In this document: positions 1-9,132 of the stretch, piece by piece
Layout of the letters: the number at the start of each line of letters is the position of its first letter
How positions within the stretch are numbered: position 1 is the stretch's first letter
DNA from: Azolla caroliniana
Lineage: Eukaryota; Plantae; Polypodiophyta
Assembly (NCBI GenBank): GCA_043228905.1
Contig: JBHGNT010001087.1
Coordinates: 1 to 12,208 of the forward strand
Reading direction: 5' to 3'
Length of the DNA stretch: 12,208 nt
Made by a program: the position numbers and the translations under genes
Notes under the pieces: generated by a model
What the model was told of the DNA's origin: nothing
The model's input: only the letters and a program-made list of their open reading frames with translations
The model's database searches: none

Positions 1-457
1 CATTACCAATAGGTAATGGTACTTCAACAGGTTTGACCTTCTTATCTATTGTTTTGTATTTTGGATTACATAAGCTTTCTACTTCTTCATATTTACAATT
101 CTACCTATCAATCTCATAATACATATCAATTGAGTTTACATGTATCTCTCTAACACTCTCATCATCTTCTTTCAAATACATTTCTAACTCTTCTATAGTA
201 TTTGCAAAAGAAATTTCTTCCATAACACTTTCAATGTGCTCTTCCATTTCAAGTACTCCATTATCCTTCAATGCCTATTGAAACAAATTAGCATTCTTTT
301 GCAAGTTCCTCTTGCATTCATACATCCTAGTCACACATATAGCACCACTTTCAGAAACATGAAATCACTTATTCATATGTTGTAATGCCCTACGTGAGGG
401 TCTTTTAATAATGGGGCTATTGCAACCCTCATTTGCAATAGTCCTAGTCAAAAACCT
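1..457 (-). pseudogene. pol: N-terminal part of retrotransposon pol frame (pre-reverse-transcriptase region)
   Basis: Manual minus-strand translation gives one frame from 457 to 1 with three in-frame stops, ending ...NPKYKTIDKKVKPVEVPLPIGN at the window edge. The RT core is outside the window. Confidence 0.65.
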
Positions 458-2579
458 GATTATCAAAATCATCACATTCTTTTGGTATCGAATGATCACA
501 AAGCTCTTGCTTGTTCCTCTCATGATTTGGGTGAACCGTCATAAACTGTACAGTTCTTCGTCCATCTTGGCTTCAAATCTTCACATAGGCACAACCATTG
601 TCAAGGACTTTGGTCTCCCTCTGTACTGTTGTGATGTATGGTTGCCCCAAGATTATCGGATAGGTAGATCCTTCATGCACAAAGAAATGTTGATCTACCT
701 CTATATCACAAATAGTAACCTTTACATTTGGGCATGCACCAAATAAATCTTCAGTGACTGATGTTGTTGCTTTTACGCGCCCACCATGTTGAGTATCAAT
801 TGGCCATCTACCTTTCTTGTAAAAATCAGCACTCATTATATTTATTTCAGAACCATGATCAATAAGTGCCGTCACTGGGTTTGGAACATTTCCAATCTTC
901 ACATGATGCTTAGTAGTGGCTCTTGCCCAACATTTGCGAGAGTAGTGACTTCTTATCTCTGTTGAACTTATCATTAAGGTTGATGCATGTTGAGAGTCAA
1001 CAATGATATTGTTTGACTCGTTGCTTACCACTTCATATGCCACCTTCGGATTTGTCTCTTTAACCAGCTCATTTACTTGCTTATTTCTTTGCACAATATC
1101 AATTATTTCATCATGAAATTCCTTTTTTGCAATACCTAACACTTCTCTTAGTGTAAATTCTACTCGATTGTCTAGTATTCTTGTTTCTAAAATTTTCTTT
1201 AAATTTGTATCCTTTTCAGTATCAGACATTAATTTGAATGAAGGACCAGATTTTCCTTTTTCAACTTTTGCGTCCATCTCTTTTCTTTTGTTTTCTCTTA
1301 TTTCATGCCTTTTTGTTGAGCCAATTTCATCATCCGACCTTTTCCTTTTTTTCTTCCACTATCACCTCATGCTCTTTGTGTTCTGCCATCTAAGCATAGA
1401 CTGTGATAGCATCTACTGGAACATGACATCTATTGTGTTTCCTTACAAAATCTCCGGCAACACAAAGGTCTTCCATCTTCAACTTTTGCTTTTGTGCGGA
1501 ACTTACAACCTTCTCCCAGAACAATGATTGGTATGGCATGTCATCAAGACGCATTCCTGCCATTGTCGAGTAGTACATTGCAGAAGCCTTCTTTGCTTTA
1601 GCTTCCACCAAAATCTCGATTTTTCTAGTTAAGTAAATGTTACCATTTTTCAAATAGACCAAGTCTCGATTTTCCATGTCTTTATATTCCCCACAATCAC
1701 GTAATCAATGTTTGAGACTATCACACCACATGCATCGAGGTCGAAATGGTTCCCTTGACCTCGAAGTCTGACCATTCTCAAGCTTTGCCACTTTAATTGT
1801 TAGATCTTTCATACTTTGAACTAAATCATCAAGCAAAGACACACTCTTAGTTTTGATCATTTCTCGTGGTTGATGGACCATATCGTGTGATGGTTCTCGA
1901 GCAAGTCTTTGAACTGCGATGTTTTGCTCAAGCCGATTTGTGATTCTAACATGCAGTATTTGTAGCATTACACCATTCCTTTGCATTCTTTTCATAAATT
2001 TATTACAAGCATTTGTTACCTCATTCCAATCTGCAGTTATACCATCCTCAGTATTTGGTACTTCAAGCATAAATTCCAATTCTTTTCTATATCTCTTGTC
2101 AATTGCCTGCAAAAATAAAGCAACCTTTTGTCAAGACAAAGAATTTCTTTCTTTTGGCTTTAAGTGTCCATACAATCTATCAAACTCTTTTTTCGTGTCA
2201 ATCACAGATAATCCTTTATTTCCTTTTAGGATCCATTCATGGAATGAATGCATGGTAACGCAAGAGAAATCCTCATGAGCATATTCAGACACAAGTGCTT
2301 CTTTGAATGCATTCCAATCCAAACTATGCAATGTTTGTATTTCATGATTCTATCTCTTAATTCCATGTCCACTAATTTATAAAACTTTGCTACCATATTG
2401 ACATCATTCATACCGGACATTTCCATTTCATCATAATATATATTCACATACTTCAAAATATTTGTGCCATCAACCATACCAATCTTCTCTCAAACTTCTC
2501 GTAAGGCATGAAATAATCGATCTTGATTCAACTTTTCAATAAACAAGCTTACCGGATCCATTGTACTCTTACTTGTCAT
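444..2579 (-). pseudogene. gag: gag-aspartic protease polyprotein, disrupted
   Basis: Joins ORFs 2226-2477, 2131-2331, 1705-2112, 1390-1677 and 573-1277. Candidate ATG at 2579. Gag-like segments VDGTNILKY..EM, WNAFKEALVSEY and KVALFLQAID; zinc knuckle CMWCDSLKH*LRDC (1734-1693); protease ALIDHGSEINIMS...YPIILGQPY. The frame continues past the TGA at 573-575 to a TAG at 446-444. Confidence 0.88.
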
Positions 2580-2623
2580 GTTGATGTTGATCTTTACTTT
2601 AGATGTCTCTTCTACTTCCCCAT

Positions 2624-2641
2624 TTCATGTCGGGTTCACCA
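2624..2641 (-). other. Primer-binding site complementary to the 3' end of tRNA-Trp
   Basis: Plus strand reads TTCATGTCGGGTTCACCA, 17/18 identical to the plant cytosolic tRNA-Trp 3' end as I recall it (TTCACGTCGGGTTCACCA). On the minus strand TGG starts 3 nt after the LTR terminal CA. Confidence 0.88.
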
Positions 2642-2644
2642 AAT

Positions 2645-3327
2645 TGTGTCCTGGCATGGCTCACTTAGAAGCGTAGCGTAGTGTAGCGTAGTGTAGATAG
2701 AAGATAATGTGAAAGTGAGGAAGGAATCGTTGGGGTTATGGACAGAAGACACGAAAGAGTAGAGATGGCGTGAATAAAAATCAATAGGATATGGCAAGGT
2801 AGGATTTTTAAGATATATGAGATATGGCAAGATAAGATATAAAATGATATTTGAGAAAATGTAGGAAATTTATAATCATTATCATGAAAGAGTTACAAAA
2901 TGGTTGCGAGCATTATTGATTTCGAACTTTGTCTCACAAGGTAATCGCTATTCTATTTCTTGATAGTAAGCCACAACAATCTTCACTTCAATATTTTGAT
3001 GAAGATAAGAATCAAACCGCCGCCCTTCCGTTGTGAGTTGAGGAGGACAACCGCCAAGCTAGTTCTCTTCTAGTCTTTTGAAGATATCTCTCTCTCCCTC
3101 TTTGTCTATTATGATATATTATAATTCGATTCAATCTTATTTCTTGGTATCTTTGTGACTACATCCCCTTCTCTTTTTATAGCAAAGGGATAGTCTTGCA
3201 TGTGGTCCATGTGTCGCACATGCAGATAGGCTCTTGCATGTGTGTGCTATATGGTGCACATGTAATATACTACATACAATGTTTACACTATTTAATGCAA
3301 GTGGGTAAAAGCATGCGAGTGGAAACA
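2645..3327 (-). repeat. 5' long terminal repeat (683 bp)
   Basis: Ends form an imperfect inverted repeat: TGTGTCC at 2645 and GGAAACA ending 3327 (6/7 match). The inner end is fixed by the PBS. The outer end coincides with the switch to satellite-type sequence. The second LTR is not in the window. Confidence 0.8.
3173..3181 (-). promoter_or_regulatory. Candidate TATA box in LTR U3
   Basis: TATAAAAAG on the minus strand about 150 bp inside the LTR 5' end. Confidence 0.4.
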
Positions 3328-3897
3328 CTATTATAGCTAATTAGCTACTTGTTTAGGTAGTTTTTTGTGGGAAAATCATAAGGATGGTTTACGAAATTTT
3401 ATGTTTTATTAGTTAAATACATGTCATTTAATTGATGCGAATACTCAAATATTTGAACTTTAGTTTCTGACATAGTGGAACATGGGGAATAGTGCCATCA
3501 TCTAAGGTTGACTTGAATGTCATCAAATTCTTGATAATCCTGAGTTCGAGTTCGAACTCCAAACAGATGGAGTACTCTAAGCATGAACGTAAACGAAGCC
3601 CCCGCAGCAGCACTAAAACTTTGAGATCGACATTGCACGTTTAGAGCTACAACACACAAGCTAGTCGATCCTCGTCCAGGTATGTATCAATTACATATTA
3701 AAAAAACTTTTTTTTCCCTTTTTGATAACTGTCTGTAATTGTCTATAACTTTGGTGCCTGTTCATCTTTCCCAAAATTCGAATAGGGCGAAGTCATTGGA
3801 GTCCCAAACAAGGATGGCTCGAAGATCGGGGTGTAGCAGCAAGTGTGTTTCTAATTGACAGAATTTCGTAGTACGGTTGATTTTTGCCTTTAGTGAT

Positions 3898-4135
3898 GAT
3901 TAGGGTTTGTGTTTCCCTTAAGTGGTTTAGGGTTTCTGATTACAAATTTCAGATTACAAGTTTCTAGTTACAAATTTCTTATTATTGTCACAATCTGTTG
4001 TAATTTTGCACAAATTCTGATTAGGGTTTCTAATTTTTTAAGTGGTTGATTTCTGATACATGTTGAAAAGGACAAATTACAAATTTCATATTACTGTCTC
4101 AAAGTGTTGTAATTTTGCACCAAATTCACATTAAA
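3898..4135. repeat. Intronic imperfect ~110-120 bp duplication with short GATTACAAATTTC repeats and three telo-box motifs
   Basis: TTACAAATTTC.TATTA.TGTC.CAA..TGTTGTAATTTTGCAC at about 3968 and 4077; TTAGGGTTT at about 3900, 3927 and 4021. Confidence 0.6.
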
Positions 4136-5326
4136 AATTCTGTTTTTGCACCAATTTTGATTACTGATTTTCTATCTCAGGTGGCTCGTTCCTCCCTATC
4201 CTAGAGTGCTGAACTTCGCAAAATTTTGTGAGACAAAATTTCACAACATATATGGTCTGTCGCTCGAGGGTATTGACCCTACTATTCTAACATATAGATT
4301 GATTAGTGATGTAGACTGGATGTCAGTATATAAAGTGCCTAGAGTGAAAGGCAATGTCAAGCTCAAGCATTTACGACCGGACCTGTACAACGACTGGATG
4401 AGATTGCACCAGAAAGTACATCAAGAGATCCCGATCAACAACGAGTTGTCCTTTTGATTTGCCAGAGATTTTGCATACGAGTATTGCAAAACAACAAAGG
4501 AATCTCGTGACCCTGAAATGTACAGGGTAGCTTGGGCAATTTATGGTGTGGCATCGGTAGAAAGATGTCATAAGATGGGGAGCTTGCAACAAAAAATGGC
4601 AAGATTTTGGAGCATGGTAGTTGATGATGCAACTACCGACTCCCAACAAACCCGCAAGTATACGCCACACCGACACACAATGAAAGCCAATGTCGATGAT
4701 ACAGGTGAGACATTGATTAGCTATATGCTAAAAACTGTCCATGAAGCCTGTGAGACATTGGAGTTTTTTAAGATTATTTAGAGAAAGCAACATTGGCTGC
4801 TGCGATGGAGAGGAAAGTCACTTTGGCAGTTACAACAATCAGAAATAAGATTCAAGTACGTATTGTTTTGCTAGTATCTAATATGTTATAAATAACTTGT
4901 ACATTAAAATGTGCTACTGAGGCATTATCTAGAACAGGTTGCTCAACATGAACTTGAAATTGAGGGGTCATTGGATCCCCAACGAAAATTCAACTGCACA
5001 TAGAGATCCAGGTTCTTTCAATGAACCTGGACCTTCTCGGTGTAAACATTGTCGTTGATTACAATTTGGAATAGCTACAAGTAAGTTAATGATTCTTGTT
5101 TCTTGTTGTTGTATCTTCCTCATTAAGGAATAATTAATCGGTAAATTTCTCGGCTACGTTGAAGGAACAATACTCCCGTCAAGAACAAGTAGTTAGCTGC
5201 CTTAAGAAGTAGCTACATTTTGCGGAGGGGATGGTAAGGAGGAGACAAGAATTCGATCTGAACATTCTTGCTCCCTTACCAAATGAAGGAGAACCAAGAA
5301 ACAATATATTGATTGTTCAAGCACGT

Positions 5327-5485
5327 TGCATCACTTGTGGATTACGTGTAGAGGACACATCTGCTACTCTATTGGTTCACCTACAACCATGCCAACACAC
5401 ATACCATATCGTTTGTTTTCAATATGCCTATCACATTGTTGCATTCTGTTTGGGGGATTGTAGTACAGCTCTGCCAGATGAGTGG
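5327..5485 (+). other. RING-H2-type zinc finger coding segment
   Basis: C-x2-C-x17-C-x-H-x2-H-x2-C-x10-C-x3-C followed by LPDEW in ORF 5231-5551. Confidence 0.8.
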
Positions 5486-5546
5486 AGAAAACACATAGGT
5501 AAAATTGCTACTTGTGACCATAGTGTATCTAATGTGTTCCATCTTT

Positions 5547-7037
5547 GCTAATTAGGTAAGTTGTATAAAGTGTGGAAACTATTTAGCTATTATGGTTGTA
5601 GTGTAGTAGCTAATTACCTAACATGTAGTGAATTAGCTAAGTCGTACCTAATTAGCTACTACCATACTTTAGCTCAGTAGCTAATTAGCTAAGTGGTAAC
5701 TAATTAGCTACTATCATAGTTTACTACAACAACTAGTTAGCTACTACCATACTTCAACTGAGTAGCTAATTAACTACTACCATACTTCAGCTGAGTAGCT
5801 AATTAGCTAAGCGGAAGCTAATTAGCTACTACCATAGTTTAGTACAGTAGCTAATTAGCTAAATGGTAGCTAATTAGCTACTACCATACGTTAGTTGAGT
5901 AACTAATTAGCTAAGTGGTAGCTAATAAGCTACTACCATGGTTTAATACATTAGCTAATTAGCTACTACTATAGTTTAGTACATTAGCTAATTAGCTAAG
6001 TGGTAGCTAATTACCTACTACCATAGTTTAGTGCAGTAGCTAATTAACTACTACCATAGTTTAGTGTATTAGCTAATTAGCTACTACCATAGTTTAGTAC
6101 AGTAGCTAATTAGCTCAGTGGTAGCTAATTAGCTACTAGCATACATTAGTTGAATAGCTAATTAGCTACCACTTAGCTAATTAGCTACTACCATAGTTTA
6201 ATACAATAGCTAATTAGCTACTACCATAGTTTAGTACAATAGCTAATTAGCTAAGTGGTAGATAATTAGCTACTACCATAGTTTAGTACAGTAGCTAATT
6301 AGCTACTACCATAGTTTAGCAAAGTAGCTAATTATGTAAGTGGTAACTAATTAGCTACTACCATAGTTTAGCAGAGTAGCTAATTATGTAAGTGGTAGCT
6401 AATTACCTACTACCATAGTTTAGTACAGTAGCTAATTAGCTACTACCATACATTAGCTGAATAGCTAATTAGCTACCACTTAGCTAAGTAGGTACTACCA
6501 TAGTTTAGTACAATACCTAATTAGCTAAGTGGGAGCTAATTAGCTACTACCATACTTTAGTTATAATGGCTAATTAGCTAGTACCATACTTTAGTATAGT
6601 AGCTAATTAGCTACTACCATGGTTTAGTAGAGTAGCTAATTAGCTACTACCATGGTTTAGTACAGTAGCTAATTAGCTACTACCATGGTTTAGTACAGTA
6701 GCTAATTAGCTAAGTGGTAGCTAATTAGCTACTACCATAGTTTAGTACAATAGCTAATTAGCTATTTGGTAGCTAAGTAGAGACTACCATAGTTTAATAC
6801 AATAGCTAGTTAGCTAAGTGGTAGCTAATTAGCTACTACCATAGTTTAGTACAGTAGCTAATTAGCTACTACCATACTTTAGTTATAGTGGCAAACTAGC
6901 TAGTACCATACTTTAGTTGAGTAACAAATTAGCTAGTACCATACCTAAGGGAAGTAGCTAATTAGCTCATTGGTAGCTAATTAGCTATTGTCATAGTCTA
7001 GAAGAATAGCTAGTTAGCTAGGATGTAACTAATTAGC
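5547..7037. repeat. Palindromic satellite array 1 (TAGCTAATTAGCTA with 5-bp or 19-bp spacers; 19- and 33-bp units), inside intron 5499-7053
   Basis: Roughly 50 copies (estimate) of the 14-bp palindrome separated by AGTGG or CTACCATAGTTTAGTACAG / CTACCATACTTTAGCTGAG. Confidence 0.97.
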
Positions 7038-7705
7038 GACCATGTTGTTGTAGAATCTTGTGGATTAAGGAGGGCACATGAGCTGTCTGGTGTTGATGAC
7101 ATTGCAACCGATGAGGAGATAGTTGCCAACGTGGTTGAAAGTAAGAGTCCTGCTATCACATCTCCTTCAGATCAGCTCCATCCTATTCTTTTGGAAGATG
7201 GTAATGAATTAGGCAACAATGTGAAAAGCCATGAAATATTGGAAACAACATGTAAAGTTGAGGTTCACAACAATAGTGTTTTTGAACACTTGATGCAACA
7301 TTTCTTCGAATCCCAAAACCTTGATTTCACCCCATTGAGCCCAACTACTAATAATGGCCAAACAGATTCCATTGTACTGGAAAGGTTGTCGGAGGAGGAC
7401 ACACTTGCACAATGGGTCAAAGAAACAAGGCTAAATGGGCAACCGGCCTGAAAAAGGCTGAAGAAGGGGCCATGATCGGGGACAAGACCAGTTACTCAGT
7501 CAAGGGGCTCTTGAATTGGAGCGAAATACTTAGAAGTGGGATATGATTGTTAGCGATTTTCCTAGGGTTTTATGAAGTTTTACTATGATCTATTTGGACA
7601 AGTAAAACCTCAGATTGGTTGTTGCTTGATCCACATTATCTAATGGAACTCTATGCTGTTTCTCCAAGATAATTATGTTCATGTTTCTATGATGGAAAAT
7701 ATTTC

Positions 7706-8746
7706 ATGTTCATTATGTTGTTTTGTGAGACTGTTAGTTACTTTGTGAGTGTGAATATGTTGGTGTTTTCTGATGTTGCAGAGTCTAAAGGGTTTGAATC
7801 TATTGCTCGTAAGGCCGATGGCAGTGTGGAAATTGTTGATGTTGCTATGTGTTTAGAGGGCCACATCTTGAAAGTAGATGTAGAAACTGACACAAATGAT
7901 TTGGTCACGCAAGTTGATCAAGCATGTTGCACAAATGATCTGATTTTGCAAGTAGATGCAACATGTGATACGAGTGGCCTGATATCGACCAGATCAGTAT
8001 CTACATGCACTGAACCAATGACTAAGTCGACAACACAAGAGCACCAGAATGTGAAGCCAGGACCAACACAGTCGACTAGGGGTTTGAAGAGGAAAAGGAC
8101 ACCAATTGTGCCGACAGAACCTGAGTTGATTGAAATTGATCGTGTGCAACCAGTAATTGGTTTAACAGAGGCTCAATTACAGGAATGGAAACCTAAACCA
8201 TTAGAAGTCGAAAGAAGAGCCTTGATCTTGGAGCTTGATAAAGTCCTGATGAGTGTGCGATATATGACACCAAGGAGGGACGCAAATCAATTTCTGGAGT
8301 GGGTTGTGCAATATTTTGATTTGTTTATTTGCAGTGAAAAACCACGTACATATGTGTGGAAGTGTGTAGAAAGATTCTTCCCGAAGTGGCGACAACTTTT
8401 CAAGGGTCAGTGGACACGAGAGAATTGTGAGAAGAATGATGTTGCAAGATTCAAAAGACTTTTTTATTTTTGGGACACTTGGCTAGATTATAATGTCGAC
8501 AATACGTTGATTCTGGATACTGAACATTTCCGACATTACTTCAACATTCGCAAATGTTGTCTCATTCTACCCGATGAAATGCCTAAACACTATTTGGTGA
8601 AAACATTGTGTTGCCAACTAGCTACATGGTTGTGGACTCCATACCAAGCTCGGTATGCAGATCATATATGTAGAGAAGTTCCACTGACTAGCCAGAGCTT
8701 AGCTGTTTATAGATTATTTCAAGACATTGGCAATGGGATGTTATAA
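7706..8746 (+). CDS. FCP1/SCP (NIF, HAD-superfamily) phosphatase-like domain protein with degenerate catalytic motif; probably a terminal exon starting at 7782
   Basis: 346-aa open frame. ALILELDKVL...PRRDANQFLEWVVQYFDLFICSE...QWTRENC...FKRLFYFW...YNVDNTLILDT...N..CCLILP follows the FCP1-homology pattern (LVLDLxxxL..RP..FL..F.V.VWSS..W....C..K.L..W..Y...NTLLLDD). An upstream KRKR is NLS-like. The first 25 codons are T-rich and intron-like, ending TTGCAG at 7781. Confidence 0.72.
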   Translation: MFIMLFCETVSYFVSVNMLVFSDVAESKGFESIARKADGSVEIVDVAMCLEGHILKVDVETDTNDLVTQVDQACCTNDLILQVDATCDTSGLISTRSVSTCTEPMTKSTTQEHQNVKPGPTQSTRGLKRKRTPIVPTEPELIEIDRVQPVIGLTEAQLQEWKPKPLEVERRALILELDKVLMSVRYMTPRRDANQFLEWVVQYFDLFICSEKPRTYVWKCVERFFPKWRQLFKGQWTRENCEKNDVARFKRLFYFWDTWLDYNVDNTLILDTEHFRHYFNIRKCCLILPDEMPKHYLVKTLCCQLATWLWTPYQARYADHICREVPLTSQSLAVYRLFQDIGNGML

Positions 8747-9132
8747 ATATGTAATTTGCTACCACTTAATCAATGAAGAATTAAATTGCTTGTTTTGACT
8801 AACTTATCTACTATGTAATTTTAAGAGTATGTTTAGGATTGTTGATTTCATGATAGTGCTTTTTCTTAAAATTATGCAAATGATTTTAAGTTGTACATGG
8901 TTCACTTGAGTAAATTTGTATCTCAGAAAGAAGAACCCTAAATGATATTATTAAACTGTATATCAGAAAGAAGACTGTATATAAAACTGACACACGATTT
9001 TGTTGAGAAAGAAGCACAAAAATGATAATGTATATGAAAAAAAAAAACTCTCAAACAGGTCCATTAAACTGTTTATTTGCAATACACGTGCTTTGTTTGT
9101 TTTACAAGAAAATTGGTAATTGCTACCTATAG

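Larger units (their letters stand above)
1..3327 (-). mobile_element. Ty3/gypsy-type LTR retrotransposon, 5' portion (LTR-PBS-gag-protease-start of pol), degenerate; continues beyond the left window edge
   Basis: Ordered LTR (3327-2645), tRNA-Trp PBS (2641-2624), gag with CX2CX4HX4C, aspartic protease motifs LIDHGSEINIM and IILGQPY, and the KYKTIDKKVKPV-PLP motif that precedes RT in related elements. Multiple stops and frameshifts. Confidence 0.9.
3567..7514 (+). pseudogene. Multi-exon gene: unknown N-terminal domain + coiled coil + RING-H2 zinc finger + low-complexity basic tail
   Basis: GT-AG model: 3567-3679, 3786-3842, 4181-4704, 4782-4855, 4938-5080, 5128-5498, 7054-7514. Most junctions are phase-consistent. 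ORFs 4206 and 4518 are one frame split by TGA 4455. About seven stops and two frameshifts (about 4985 and 5137). The start codon is uncertain. Confidence 0.7.

Noticed and set aside
411-2278. Plus-strand ORFs 411-746, 1168-1527 and 1919-2278
   Set aside because: Antisense shadows of gag-protease with no recognisable motifs.
2624-2641. tRNA-Trp gene
   Set aside because: Only the 3'-terminal 18 nt including CCA match, adjacent to an LTR end, so it is a PBS.
2636-3613. Short minus-strand ORFs 2636-2830, 3137-3328 and 3428-3613
   Set aside because: They lie in the LTR or antisense to the accessory gene, have non-ATG starts and show no protein-like features.
3900-4030. Telomeric repeat tract
   Set aside because: Isolated single TTAGGGTTT motifs, not tandem TTTAGGG arrays.
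4371-4676. Minus-strand ORFs 4371-4676 and 4435-4632 (also 7209-7412 and 8201-8395)
   Set aside because: Antisense to better-supported plus-strand exons.
5547-7037. CRISPR-like array (palindromic repeat plus spacers), also 9971-10872
   Set aside because: Spacers are only 5 or 19 bp and are themselves repeated, there are no cas genes, and the context is a eukaryotic intron.
9037-9047. Poly(A) tail of a retroposed copy
   Set aside because: Short A-run in an AT-rich 3' intergenic region with no evident TSD, and the upstream gene retains introns.
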